52,430 nt of DNA from a virus. Taxonomy: Duplodnaviria; Caudoviricetes. The stretch covers positions 1 to 52,430 of IMG/VR virus record IMGVR_UViG_3300034065_000062. One strand, given 5' to 3'. The notes under the pieces are model-generated. The model saw only the letters and a list, made by a program, of their open reading frames with translations. It searched no databases and was not told where the DNA came from. Of this stretch, positions 30,222 to 40,228 are shown one piece after another. The translations under genes and the position numbers were made by a program. Position 1 is the first letter of the stretch. Each line of letters opens with the position of its first letter.

Positions 30222-32183
30222 TTAGTTTTTACGGTTGTTTGCCCACCATGCAACAATCAAACGTACTTGTGCTGCTGTGTAACCTTTGGTAATCATACGA
30301 GACATAAAATCATCATGTTTCTTCTGTTCATCAGATGAACCTTTTGGATTGAAAGAAACAATCGGCATAATGTCTTGAGTTGCTGAAAACATTTTCTTTT
30401 CAATAACGATCTTGATTTTTTCATATTGATTCCATGCTGGTGCACGACCTTCATTTTTTGCACGATGACGTAATACATAGTGAACGATGTCATTACGGAA
30501 ATCTTTTGCATTAACAATTGAAGCACTCTTTTCAAGTTCTTCCAAGCGTGAATTCAAGTTGTTACGATCCAACAAGACATGGGTTTCTGGATCACGTACA
30601 GTTGTTTCATCGATCCATGCTTCAGCAAACAAGCAGTAACGTTCAAACATTGTCTGACCGAAATCTGAGTAAGATTCCAAGTATGCAATACGAAGTTCTT
30701 TGTCAATAAATTCAAAGAAGCGTGGTTGTACCCATGATTTGATGTAATCAAGATAACGTTCATGATCTTCTTGTGGAAGATGTTCACGTTTTAATGCTTC
30801 TTCAAGAACATACATCAAGTCAATTGGATTGGCCTGAACTTCTTCTGGGCGCAAGTTAAAAGTTTGTGAAAGGATTTTGAATGCAAAACGAGTTGATAAT
30901 CCATTCATACCTTCATCAACACCTGCAGCTTGTTTGTATTCTTCATACGGTTTAGCCATTGGCATTGTATCTTTTACATTTTCACCATTATAGACTTTCA
31001 TCTTGGCGAACAATGTGCTATTTTCCGGTTCACGAAGACGTGTAAGAACCATAAATTCAGCAAGGGCTTTCAATGTTTCTGGTGCACAAGGTGCATTATG
31101 AAGACTTGATACGGTCAACATTTTTTCATAAATCATACGTTCTTCATCAGTACGTAAGCAATATGGAACGTTAACAATATAGACCCGATCCAAGAAAGCT
31201 TCATTGGATTTATCATTACGGAATTTAAACCATTCTGCTTCATTTGAGTGAGCGCAGATAATACCAGTATAAGGCATAGCTGGAATATTTTCAGTACCAT
31301 TGTAGTTGTGTTCTTGTGTTGCCATCAACAATGGATTCAATGTTTTGATATTGCTTTTAAACATTTCAGCAAATTCCATGAAACATTGGCTTGTACGATT
31401 CAAACCACCTGAATAGGAATAGCTGTATGGATGATTCTGTGAATAAGTTTCCAATTTACGGATATCAGTTTTACCAATAAGGACTGAAACGTCTTGGTTA
31501 TTTTCATCACCCGGTTCAACCTTCATGATACCAATTTGTGAATCTTTGTTTGGATACATTTTAACAACAGTAAATTTGGTCCAGTCACCATCAAACTCTT
31601 TCAGTTTTTCTTGAGCCCAACCAGAAGATACAGTGTTCAAATAACGAACATCGATACCAAAGGTTTTTTGAAGTTCTTCACCATGTTCATGTTTGTTGAA
31701 CAAGCCAAGTGGGCTTTCAAACATAGGTGAAATTTGTAGCTCTGGATTCTTTTCTGAAGAATCTTTAAGAACGTAGATTGGATGCTGTTGCATCAATTCT
31801 TTGAGACGTTCAACTAATGAAGATTTTGAAGAACCGACTGGTCCTTTAAGATACAAAATCTGTTTGGATTCTTCCAAGCCTTGTGCGAAATGGCGGAAGT
31901 ATGCAACTAAACGTTCAATGGTTTCTTCAATACCATAGAAGTCTTTGAATGCTGCATATTGACGAATTTTTTTATTTGAGAAGATGCGGGAGAGATGTGC
32001 ATCTTGAGAAGTATCAATAACAGTTGGTTCACCAATTGCTGCTAACATACGCTCGGCGGCATTTGCATATGCCATTTTATCAGTTTTGCACAAGTTGAGA
32101 TATTCTTCAATTGTCATTTCTGTATTGGTAGCAAATTTCTTTGCAAAGGTAGATTTAAAACTATTACTAAGTTTCGTATTCAT
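30222..32183 (-). CDS. prkA: PrkA/YeaG AAA+ serine protein kinase
   Basis: AAERML.AIGEP, KQILYLKGPVGSSKSS Walker A, EPGDENNQD, EF.EMFK, AHSNE, GLSTRFAFK. Confidence 0.93.
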   Translation of the reverse strand: MNTKLSNSFKSTFAKKFATNTEMTIEEYLNLCKTDKMAYANAAERMLAAIGEPTVIDTSQDAHLSRIFSNKKIRQYAAFKDFYGIEETIERLVAYFRHFAQGLEESKQILYLKGPVGSSKSSLVERLKELMQQHPIYVLKDSSEKNPELQISPMFESPLGLFNKHEHGEELQKTFGIDVRYLNTVSSGWAQEKLKEFDGDWTKFTVVKMYPNKDSQIGIMKVEPGDENNQDVSVLIGKTDIRKLETYSQNHPYSYSYSGGLNRTSQCFMEFAEMFKSNIKTLNPLLMATQEHNYNGTENIPAMPYTGIICAHSNEAEWFKFRNDKSNEAFLDRVYIVNVPYCLRTDEERMIYEKMLTVSSLHNAPCAPETLKALAEFMVLTRLREPENSTLFAKMKVYNGENVKDTMPMAKPYEEYKQAAGVDEGMNGLSTRFAFKILSQTFNLRPEEVQANPIDLMYVLEEALKREHLPQEDHERYLDYIKSWVQPRFFEFIDKELRIAYLESYSDFGQTMFERYCLFAEAWIDETTVRDPETHVLLDRNNLNSRLEELEKSASIVNAKDFRNDIVHYVLRHRAKNEGRAPAWNQYEKIKIVIEKKMFSATQDIMPIVSFNPKGSSDEQKKHDDFMSRMITKGYTAAQVRLIVAWWANNRKN

Positions 32184-32254
32184 TTTTACTCCTGGTTATT
32201 TAAGATGTGAATCTACAACACTGCTCTAACACAATTCTATTTATACATTAAAAA

Positions 32255-32665
32255 TTAAGTTTTTTCGCCTTCTGAAGAATAATCCAAATGCTTCAATTCA
32301 CATTCATGGATAATTCCGCCGGGTTCAATTTCTAATGTACGATAATAAATTTTAGATCCTGTTATTTTGGCACTGGCAAGGATACGAACAGTTCCTTCAG
32401 CCCAAATTGTTTTGCTTGTTACTTGGCCGGCAATGATGATATCACCAGTGCAGATTTCTGTTGATTGTATAATCCCACTTTTGGTAAGAATAACACAATC
32501 AAATTTTGCCCCCTTAGTTGCGGTATCGGTAATACCTGCTAAAGTTGTACCACTTATATTACCTTCAATCTTGATAGTTCCAGTGAAATTTACTTCACCA
32601 GAAACTGAAGTTCCTTCAGCAATCAGATTCGTGAAAGAATCTGTATTAAGTTTCTTATTAAACAT
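32255..32665 (-). CDS. Bactofilin (polymer-forming cytoskeletal beta-helix protein)
   Basis: LIAEGTSVSGEVNFTGTIKIEG...IIIAGQV...ILASAKITG..YRTLEIEPGG pattern of the CcmA/bactofilin family. Confidence 0.8.
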   Translation of the reverse strand: MFNKKLNTDSFTNLIAEGTSVSGEVNFTGTIKIEGNISGTTLAGITDTATKGAKFDCVILTKSGIIQSTEICTGDIIIAGQVTSKTIWAEGTVRILASAKITGSKIYYRTLEIEPGGIIHECELKHLDYSSEGEKT

Positions 32666-32686
32666 AATTAACCTCGTGTGTGAATA

Positions 32687-33280
32687 TTAGATGCCGTAGC
32701 GACCAGGCAATAATTTATTAAGTGGTCCAAGCTTTGAAGTATCCCCTATATGGAATTCAACAAATTGATATTCAATAGCATCCTGTTTATCAGTTGCTTC
32801 TTGAGTTAACCATTCTGACCGATTTGAACAAACATAAATGCTTTCTTTATATCTGAATAAAGCCTTTGTTAATTCGATTCCGGTAACAGGAAATGATATA
32901 TCACCACGTGGAATAGTATTAACAATGGTAACATATAAAGTATCTGGACCTAAATCCATACCTTCTTTATAGATACCTTGACCACCAATTAAAATGACAT
33001 CCTCATTAGTGTCAATTGCTTCAGGTAATGAAGCACAACAATGTAGGCCATCAATTAATGAGTATGGTGCAGGTTTACTTGTGATAAGAATGTTTTTTCT
33101 TTTTGGGAGAGGTTTACCAATACTGTTATAAGTATTAGTTCCCATAACAACTGTTTTACCAGATGTCATGTTTCTGAAATGACGCATATCTTCTTTGATA
33201 TCCCATGGAATGTTATTAGTTGCTGAATTACCAATAATACCATTGAGACCTACTGCGACAATCATACTAAATTTTGACAT
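32687..33280 (-). CDS. Dihydrofolate reductase
   Basis: MIVA..NGIIG...IPW.IKEDMRHF...VVMG..TY.SIGKPLPKR.N...IGG.GIY. Confidence 0.92.
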   Translation of the reverse strand: MSKFSMIVAVGLNGIIGNSATNNIPWDIKEDMRHFRNMTSGKTVVMGTNTYNSIGKPLPKRKNILITSKPAPYSLIDGLHCCASLPEAIDTNEDVILIGGQGIYKEGMDLGPDTLYVTIVNTIPRGDISFPVTGIELTKALFRYKESIYVCSNRSEWLTQEATDKQDAIEYQFVEFHIGDTSKLGPLNKLLPGRYGI

Positions 33281-33839
33281 ATTTTTGAATTTCCTTTATA
33301 GCTTTATAGAAGGCTATTTTGTTGGCTCTTGCATCACATATAGAAATGTGTTGCGTTTCTGTTGGTTTCTCTTCAAAGTAATCACTAAAATAGAGATGAA
33401 ATAACTCACGGACTGTTTTACACAGCTCAGCATAATTATTATCAGATACACCTATTATATCACAACCACGAGGTAAAGTGACATAAACATTTTCACCACC
33501 ACGAATAAATTTTGGATGTGGTTCAGTAAGTAATTCAATCAGCAGATCATAATCTTTCTGATAGTCCCACATGATTAATATCTGATCACATTCTAGGCCA
33601 TCCAACCATTCCCAAAGACGAGCAGATAGTTCAGAACGTTTATGTCCATACAGAGTGAAGTTTAGTAATGGGTAGATATTTTCTTGAACCCACTCATTAG
33701 CATATTCTCGTTGGAAGTCAGTATTTTCACCATAGAATTCCTTGCCATCATCCGAGATACAGCCAATAGAAATTAGATCACAGTCTTTGAAATCTGTGAA
33801 TTCTGTGTCAATCCAGACACGAAGTATATTCTTTTTCAT
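33267..33839 (-). CDS. DEDD-family 3'-5' exo(ribo)nuclease
   Basis: WIDTEFT..LISIG...FYGE...D.DL...H.SICDAR; likely start MKKNIL at 33839. Confidence 0.75.
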   Translation of the reverse strand: MKKNILRVWIDTEFTDFKDCDLISIGCISDDGKEFYGENTDFQREYANEWVQENIYPLLNFTLYGHKRSELSARLWEWLDGLECDQILIMWDYQKDYDLLIELLTEPHPKFIRGGENVYVTLPRGCDIIGVSDNNYAELCKTVRELFHLYFSDYFEEKPTETQHISICDARANKIAFYKAIKEIQKYVKI

Positions 33840-34015
33840 TAGTGCATCATGGTGAAAGATTTGGGCATACCACATTTAGTACAAGTACAAAAAGCAGTTC
33901 TACCAACATGTCTTTTAGTACCATCCTCATCAGTCTCTTCTAATCTGATAGTATCATCAGTTCTCCACTGATGATCATATATACCAAATAGTGATCTAAA
34001 AAATCGACTAAACAT
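33839..34015 (-). CDS. Small hypothetical protein (58 aa) with CxCxxC
   Basis: Read by hand: MFSRFFRSLFGIYDHQW...CTCTKCG...*; stop overlaps the next start. Confidence 0.6.
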   Translation of the reverse strand: MFSRFFRSLFGIYDHQWRTDDTIRLEETDEDGTKRHVGRTAFCTCTKCGMPKSFTMMH

Positions 34016-34017
34016 GA

Positions 34018-34206
34018 TTAACCCTTTGGTTTAATGACAGTACAAGTATCGAGTTCGGTATCAATTTCGACATCGATATATTCACCATATGTCAACCATT
34101 CAGAAGCGGCATCATACATTTCTTCTCTTTCTTCTTCAGAAAGATTAGCTCTTCCTAATGCATCATGAAGTGAATCAGGACCTTTAAAAGTTAGTTTAAG
34201 TTTCAT
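34018..34206 (-). CDS. Hypothetical protein (62 aa)
   Basis: ORF track; operon context. Confidence 0.65.
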   Translation of the reverse strand: MKLKLTFKGPDSLHDALGRANLSEEEREEMYDAASEWLTYGEYIDVEIDTELDTCTVIKPKG

Positions 34207-34207
34207 A

Positions 34208-34525
34208 TTAATTTTGCTTTACGTAAGTTGTACCATCAATGGTGATGGTATTTTGGACAGTGCTATTCATCATAGTCATTGATGTTTCGGAAGATGGACA
34301 GCGGATGATATAAACTGATTTATAATTAACTGGAGTTATGATAGACATTTTACACCCCTTTAAATCGGGAGTTTTTGCTATCTCCGCATTATAATCATTC
34401 ATATACTGTTGAGCTTTTGGAATGGTTTCTGCTTGATACTTATCAGGTTTCGCACTACACCCTGTCAACAAATAGGGAATAAAAAGACTTACTAATATCA
34501 GAATATTAAATAAATGTTTTTTCAT
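34208..34525 (-). CDS. Putative lipoprotein
   Basis: MKKHLF + hydrophobic stretch + lipobox LTGC; likely start at 34525. Confidence 0.7.
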   Translation of the reverse strand: MKKHLFNILILVSLFIPYLLTGCSAKPDKYQAETIPKAQQYMNDYNAEIAKTPDLKGCKMSIITPVNYKSVYIIRCPSSETSMTMMNSTVQNTITIDGTTYVKQN

Positions 34526-34535
34526 TTTGGACTTT

Positions 34536-34787
34536 TTAATTAGGTGGTTTATGTAGATGATCAATACCCATTTGAATATCGAAATCACTGTAGCCTTGCA
34601 TCTCTTTAAGAGTTTGTTCTTCTTCAGCTACAGCTTTATCTAATTCGGCTTGACGGATACGTCTTATCTCTAATGCGATTTCATAATCCGTATATCCATC
34701 TAATTCCATGGACATACGAATATATGATTCTTCTGTGGCCTGATCGGGTTTTAATGCCGACCAGACTTTAGAAAGCCAATTCCACAT
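34536..34787 (-). CDS. Hypothetical protein (83 aa)
   Basis: Start overlaps the Ro60 stop; repeated GY(T/S)D.(E/D)I motif. Confidence 0.65.
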   Translation of the reverse strand: MWNWLSKVWSALKPDQATEESYIRMSMELDGYTDYEIALEIRRIRQAELDKAVAEEEQTLKEMQGYSDFDIQMGIDHLHKPPN

Positions 34788-36397
34788 TAGAAGGACTGAA
34801 TCAATTGTGGTGCTGCTGAATCAAAACCAGCGATATCCAACATACCAGGATCTTTTGGATCGGCAATTGTAAACTTGGTTACTGATGTACCACAAACAAT
34901 CAATTTAGCATCTTTGACATGCTTTTGACGGTAACGTGATAATGCTTCAACAGGTTGCATCTTACCAGCATATGTTTCATTGTCGGTAATAACAACAAAT
35001 TTACTTACATTATCCATACCATTGTCAAGTGCATGACGCATTGGCAATGAGCAATCAGTTGAACCCCAATTGAATTTTTGCATAACAGCCAATACAGCAT
35101 CTAAGCGCATTGATGGAGAGATTTTTAATTCACTCATTCTGTTATTGAAACCACCAATCCAATGGTTAGGTTCACGCTTAGCAACAGCCAAAGCCATAAC
35201 TGCAGCAACTTCAGCTGAAGAAAGGTTTGGAGCACTTGAAACACTTGAGCTCCACATAGAACCAGAACAGTCAACACCAATCAAATGACCAAGGCCAGTT
35301 GATTCAATGAAATTGAATGATTCATAGAAAACATCATTCAATGCATCAAGGATTTGTTGAGATGGAGTCCAAGTTAATGAACCCTTATCACCATGACCGG
35401 TTTTGTATTGGTTGAATGCATTCAAAATAGTGATTGGGTGTACTCGACCACTCTTGATTGCTTCTACATCAGTTAACTTACCAACAATAAGTTGAAGATC
35501 ATTTGACATTGGCTTGATTACACCAATATTAGTCAACTGACCAAGCTTACGGATAAGTGCTGTCATACCCATTGTGTTAACAAGAGCCGACATAACTGCT
35601 GGGTTACGATGCAATTCAGTTGGAATCATTTCCCATGTGATATCAGGATTTGATTCAATCAATTTGATTGCAGTCTTAGCATCAACACCACGCTTCAATG
35701 TTTCAAAGTCAATAAGCAATTGTGGAACTGCTGTATTAGCTTCAATAGCTTCGGCACCCTTTACAGAGTAACGGAACAAAGCAGATTGAACATCATTAGT
35801 TGGTTTAACATGAGCTAAACGCAAGACGTCACGATGTGCCCAACCATTTCGTGATTGGTACTTTAACAATTGAACTGCCAACTTGTCTTCTTTACGCTTT
35901 GTGTACCAGGAAGCAATACCACGTTTTGCAGCGGCATTCCACTTACCAAGTTCATCAATTGCGGCAACAAATTGGAACAAATGAGTACCGATACGGCAAA
36001 CTTTATGCAAGGATGCGTATGCTGCGGCAACAGTTGCTTCATCACCATTGATTGCACATAGTGCAAGAGCAAAGACGGCTGAATCATTTTTAGGTGCACG
36101 GCCAGCTTGTGAGATTTCCACAATACGATTTACTGTTTTGATACCATCAAGTTTAATACAAGCCAATACATTCTTAGCAGCATCTTTGGTAAGTTTTTCA
36201 ACTGATGCATAGTAGAATGGTGATTCACTACCCAAGATTAGGAAACGATCCAAGTAGGACCATGCATCTAATTTGAATACGAATCCACCCGCATGGTTTT
36301 TAACCATTTCGGCTTCACGACCTGAAAGAGGTTGTGTTTGTGGTGTTACTGTTTTTGTTGGCTTTGTTGATACGGTGTCTGAATAGCTAAATGACAT
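34787..36397 (-). CDS. rsr: Ro60/Rsr (TROVE + vWA) RNA-binding protein
   Basis: NHAGGFVF..D....LDRFLILGS, RIGTHLFQF, KYQSRNGW.HRD.LRL.H, VHP, DCSGSM MIDAS, TDCSLPM, ITDNET, IADP.D.GMLDI.GFD. Confidence 0.95.
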   Translation of the reverse strand: MSFSYSDTVSTKPTKTVTPQTQPLSGREAEMVKNHAGGFVFKLDAWSYLDRFLILGSESPFYYASVEKLTKDAAKNVLACIKLDGIKTVNRIVEISQAGRAPKNDSAVFALALCAINGDEATVAAAYASLHKVCRIGTHLFQFVAAIDELGKWNAAAKRGIASWYTKRKEDKLAVQLLKYQSRNGWAHRDVLRLAHVKPTNDVQSALFRYSVKGAEAIEANTAVPQLLIDFETLKRGVDAKTAIKLIESNPDITWEMIPTELHRNPAVMSALVNTMGMTALIRKLGQLTNIGVIKPMSNDLQLIVGKLTDVEAIKSGRVHPITILNAFNQYKTGHGDKGSLTWTPSQQILDALNDVFYESFNFIESTGLGHLIGVDCSGSMWSSSVSSAPNLSSAEVAAVMALAVAKREPNHWIGGFNNRMSELKISPSMRLDAVLAVMQKFNWGSTDCSLPMRHALDNGMDNVSKFVVITDNETYAGKMQPVEALSRYRQKHVKDAKLIVCGTSVTKFTIADPKDPGMLDIAGFDSAAPQLIQSF

Positions 36398-36441
36398 AGT
36401 GTGATACTCCTTTAAGAAACGGCTGGGAAATCCAGCAAAAT

Positions 36442-36789
36442 AATAACATGACTTTCTAAGTCTCCATAACGAAAAGTTGAAATCGGAGATTTCGATATAC
36501 CCCGGTAAGACGCCAATATTGTCCGGCTTACTTACTCATTGAATATACCTACACTAATTTTTCTGACTAGTAACATACTTGATATTCCATCAAGACTATT
36601 CTCCTTAATGCCCGTATTGAGAAGTGACGGTTAATACTATCCCAGTAAAGGGCTGCTGTGGCATATTAATACCCTATTTTCTAAGTGGCTTGTCTTTCAA
36701 CTTGCATACTGTTTTAATAGGTGCATATTTTTCACGTTTGAGATAACCAATGTTCGGTCGGTTAAGAAGACTTAAAAAATCATGTTATT
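36442..36789 (-). ncRNA. Large (~350 nt) Y-RNA-like structured RNA
   Basis: Ends pair over >20 bp with G-U pairs on the minus strand; AACCG-N12-UUAUC motif at 36740-36763; many internal hairpins; directly upstream of Ro60. Confidence 0.7.
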
Positions 36790-36811
36790 TAAAAAAGTTT
36801 GTGTTACATGA

Positions 36812-36928
36812 TATAGATTTAGAAATGAAACAAAGAAGTGTTAATCGTCGTTTGGTTTATTCTGTCGGGCTTTCACTCAACCGATTAAAAGTGGATAATC
36901 AATTAACGTTCGGTTTCTTAAATCTATA
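36812..36928 (-). ncRNA. Y-RNA-like RNA (~117 nt)
   Basis: Terminal stem UAUAGAUUUA/UAAAUCUAUA; GAAAC-C-GAA paired to UUC-UUU-GUUUC (bulged helix); upper stem GUUAAUUG/CGAUUAAC followed by AUUAUCC. Confidence 0.75.
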
Positions 36929-36945
36929 AATTACATATTATTGTA

Positions 36946-36975
36946 ATTATATACTATTTATAGAAATTTGTATAT
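36946..36975 (-). promoter_or_regulatory. Overlapping late (TATAAATA, 36955-36962) and sigma70-like (TATAAT) promoter for the Y-RNA/Ro60 unit
   Basis: Minus strand reads ATATACAAATTTCTATAAATAGTATATAAT. Confidence 0.55.
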
Positions 36976-36987
36976 ATTTAAAATAAA

Positions 36988-37578
36988 TTATACTGGTTTT
37001 GGTTGTGGTGGACATTGATACAAAATTCCAGGAAGCAACATAATACAATCTTCTGGTATTCTTCGCGGATTATTTTTGATATCCATTGTACTAAAGAATG
37101 TAAATTTATAAGGATTACCGTCATGACCTTTGACTGAAATCCATTCAAAAATTGGGGCATCCATAAACATGGCAATTGGTGGATTAGAAGTTTCTATAAC
37201 TTCCAGGATAACTTCTCCACTTTCTGATACTGGTGAACCATTTTGTTCTTGTCGATCAAGTTCATCATAGTATTCACATGCAGCCACAGTATCATCAATA
37301 AATCCTTGGGGATTATTGGGATAATGAATAGCTCGCAAATATTGCAAAGCCATATACTTAATAAATTGTGATATAAGAAGTCCGGCAAAAAATGAACCAA
37401 GGAATGAATACCAGTTAATACCAAAAAAGATGATAGCAATAATAGGTGGAACAATAGCACCAAACCATTTACCAATTATGATCCAGCGTTCATGTGATTT
37501 TAATAACATTTCCATTTTAGGGGTAAGTTTACTCATAGCAGTTCTCCTTTGGAAAGTATATAATTCAATTATACTCAC
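36988..37578 (-). CDS. Membrane protein (2 TM helices)
   Basis: Hydrophobic N-terminal pair; probable start MSKLTP behind an AGGAG RBS. Confidence 0.7.
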   Translation of the reverse strand: MSIIELYTFQRRTAMSKLTPKMEMLLKSHERWIIIGKWFGAIVPPIIAIIFFGINWYSFLGSFFAGLLISQFIKYMALQYLRAIHYPNNPQGFIDDTVAACEYYDELDRQEQNGSPVSESGEVILEVIETSNPPIAMFMDAPIFEWISVKGHDGNPYKFTFFSTMDIKNNPRRIPEDCIMLLPGILYQCPPQPKPV

Positions 37579-37603
37579 CCTATTATTAGAGTGAGTATAA
37601 TCA

Positions 37604-38173
37604 TTAGTGCTTCAAATACTGATGTGCTCTTGATGTTTCTGGAATGAAACTCATTAAGAATTCCATTTGATCAGAAAGAACCTGACGGTTTTGTAACAAC
37701 AAGAATTCTGCACTTGATGGTACATATGGAACATATACCAACTTCATACTACATTCAGATAACAAAGAGTCATTCTTGTGGTTATTACAACGTTCACAAG
37801 CAGATACAACATTCATCCAAGTATCTTTACCACCACGTGATGTCGGAACAATATGATCACGTGTTAATTTGCTGTCCGGAAAGTGCTTAGCACAGTACGC
37901 ACAAATATTGTGGTCACGGCGGAAAAGTTCTTTGTTGCTTAAAGATGGAATAGAAAAACGCTTCTTCCCTTTAGCAGAACCTTTAACGGCAATGATTGAA
38001 GATGTATGGATAATAGATTGCATACCAGTCATGCGGTTTTGACCACCACGAGCTGTGGTATTGCTTTCACCCAATGACCAAGTTACTAATCCTTTAGCAT
38101 GTAAAGTAATAGCATCCTGCCATGAAATCCATTTGATTGGCTGACCTTGAGTATCTAATTGTAATATAAGCAT
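37604..38173 (-). CDS. HNH endonuclease family protein
   Basis: LFRRDHNICAYC...LTRDHIVPTSRGG..TW.NVVSAC..CN..K. Confidence 0.9.
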   Translation of the reverse strand: MLILQLDTQGQPIKWISWQDAITLHAKGLVTWSLGESNTTARGGQNRMTGMQSIIHTSSIIAVKGSAKGKKRFSIPSLSNKELFRRDHNICAYCAKHFPDSKLTRDHIVPTSRGGKDTWMNVVSACERCNNHKNDSLLSECSMKLVYVPYVPSSAEFLLLQNRQVLSDQMEFLMSFIPETSRAHQYLKH

Positions 38174-38174
38174 T

Positions 38175-38303
38175 TTATAACCTGTGTATGATGAGACGTA
38201 AAATTAATAAATCTATAACAAACATATCCCCAAATTCCCCTTCTGCTGGCAGGAATTCAAATCCTAAACTGACTCCCATGATAAATTCTGGCTCGATATA
38301 CAT
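38175..38303 (-). CDS. Small hypothetical protein (42 aa)
   Basis: Read by hand: AAGGA RBS, MYIEPEFIMGVSLGFEFL...IDLLILRLIIHRL*. Confidence 0.55.
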   Translation of the reverse strand: MYIEPEFIMGVSLGFEFLPAEGEFGDMFVIDLLILRLIIHRL

Positions 38304-38383
38304 ATGAATCCTTTATTATAAGTCTAATTAATTATACCACAGAAAATCTATGGTATACCAGATATTTATAATAAACTTTGTAA

Positions 38384-38902
38384 CTATGAGTTACAGTAAA
38401 GTTTCAATGCTTCATATGTAACTTCTGGATTTTTGTACTGATGTAAAATTCCAATACCTTTACCTTTTTGAACCCAATCTGAAATATTATCTTCTCGGTC
38501 ATCAATTAATATGTCACCAGGAGTACAATGTTTCCATTTATCTGCACTATATGGACCCATATTAACGCTAACATCTTTACTTAAATGTTGGGCCATCCAA
38601 TCCCGTTTATCTTGTGCAGCATCTGGCATTGGTGAACGTCTTGGAATTGCAGTAAGAATCTGTACATCTGCTCCATAGGAATTAATCAAATCCCATAAAG
38701 TTTTAGCATAAGGTGTTGGTTTTAATTGAAGATACAAATGTGGAATTGTTTTAAGAAATTCCCACATTGCAGTATCAGCACCTGGACCATCAGCATGATG
38801 GAAAGTTCTACCCATATGAGTTAAAACAAAATCATCAAAGTCTGCAATAACACCATCCATATCACAATAGATGGTATTTACTTTGGGATTAAAATTTCTC
38901 AT
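38384..38902 (-). CDS. HAD-family 5'(3')-deoxyribonucleotidase
   Basis: IYCDMDGVIADF, ILTA, K..W, DILIDDR..NI..W. Confidence 0.88.
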   Translation of the reverse strand: MRNFNPKVNTIYCDMDGVIADFDDFVLTHMGRTFHHADGPGADTAMWEFLKTIPHLYLQLKPTPYAKTLWDLINSYGADVQILTAIPRRSPMPDAAQDKRDWMAQHLSKDVSVNMGPYSADKWKHCTPGDILIDDREDNISDWVQKGKGIGILHQYKNPEVTYEALKLYCNS

Positions 38903-39081
38903 GGTGTTGTACCAAGTACTAATGTATCTGGATTAGCTGCTTGTTTAGCATCACGTTCCGCTTTTAGTTTAGCAATAGTTTGTGTTTGATATTCCTGGTA
39001 TGCTTTGTGTGCGGCTTCATTTCGTGCAATTGCTGTAGCTTTACGTTCTTCGTAAGTACCGCGTTGTTTAGCTTGACCCAT
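38899..39081 (-). CDS. Hypothetical protein (60 aa)
   Basis: AAGGA RBS; MGQAKQRGTYEERKA N-terminus. Confidence 0.7.
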   Translation of the reverse strand: MGQAKQRGTYEERKATAIARNEAAHKAYQEYQTQTIAKLKAERDAKQAANPDTLVLGTTP

Positions 39082-39098
39082 GATTATTTCCTTTTATG

Positions 39099-39548
39099 TT
39101 ATGATTGAATATATGTATATGTTGCTTCAACTATTTTGTGATGTTTTACATCACCTTCCTTTAAAAATTCTTCTTTTGATAACCACATTACCTTACCTGT
39201 TTCAAAGTGAGGTTTATCAAAATCATCCTTGCTTTTAACTTGACCACAAAAAATGATCAATTTATATAAATCTTTGGCACCTTGCATTTCATCATCAGAT
39301 ACAAGATGAATTGTATCATGTATTAGATTAGATATTTTAAATCCAAGTTCTTCTTTAGCTTCCCTTAATGCTGCAGCTTTACTGGTTTCACCTGGATCAA
39401 CATTACCCTTTGCAATTTGTGGTTTGGTTCCACCAAATTTAGGATCAGATGGAACCATAAACATAAACAGTGGTTCATCATTTTCAAAAATATAAGGGAT
39501 AAACCCAGCCTTTTTTTTTGCACGCATTGCTATTTCACTTAATTTCAT
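39099..39548 (-). CDS. NUDIX hydrolase
   Basis: Nudix box KGNVDPGETSKAAALREAKEELG. Confidence 0.88.
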   Translation of the reverse strand: MKLSEIAMRAKKKAGFIPYIFENDEPLFMFMVPSDPKFGGTKPQIAKGNVDPGETSKAAALREAKEELGFKISNLIHDTIHLVSDDEMQGAKDLYKLIIFCGQVKSKDDFDKPHFETGKVMWLSKEEFLKEGDVKHHKIVEATYTYIQS

Positions 39549-39556
39549 TTAAATCC

Positions 39557-40228
39557 TTAATCTGTTAATGACATTTTTGGTACTGATTCCCGATATCGAC
39601 GGATATTAAATTCATTTCTTACCTCAGCACATTTTAATAAATTTTCTGATAATACATATTGATATTTTTGATAAGAAGTATCATCATTTTTAAAATACTT
39701 ATCCATTTCTTCAATAGAATAAAATGTTACCATCGAATGTCCAACTTTTGTATTGTCTGAAGTATCATATAAAGTTATTGTATGTCCTAATTTAAACAAA
39801 TTTTTCCATATATTGTAACCTTCATCACTTAAAGTTTTATCACTCATCATACGAATACTTTTATCAGTATCTTTCAATATGGCACTATATAAATCACTAG
39901 CATATGGGGCCTTACCTTTTAATTTTGGATTTTTACCTGTCATTCTAACAACTAAACATTGATGTTCTTTATGTAATTCAGTGCCAAGTTGAATTTGTCC
40001 ATCTTTTTCATACCAGTATACAATAGCAGAACCAGCACTAATTTTTTTTAAATTATTACCTAAATCTTCTGCTTTAATACCATGTTTTATAAAGTCTTTA
40101 ATATTATATTCTAACATATCAAAGGTTTCAAAAGTTCCTAATCCTTCTGGCATTTCAGAAAGCCATGACTCATTAAACATAGTTCTATCACCTATATGCT
40201 TAAGTGGGTTTATTTCATCTAGTTTCAT
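39557..40228 (-). CDS. Hypothetical protein (223 aa)
   Basis: MKLDEI N-terminus; SD.TLSDEG..IW motif suggests a GNAT-like fold (weak). Confidence 0.7.
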   Translation of the reverse strand: MKLDEINPLKHIGDRTMFNESWLSEMPEGLGTFETFDMLEYNIKDFIKHGIKAEDLGNNLKKISAGSAIVYWYEKDGQIQLGTELHKEHQCLVVRMTGKNPKLKGKAPYASDLYSAILKDTDKSIRMMSDKTLSDEGYNIWKNLFKLGHTITLYDTSDNTKVGHSMVTFYSIEEMDKYFKNDDTSYQKYQYVLSENLLKCAEVRNEFNIRRYRESVPKMSLTD

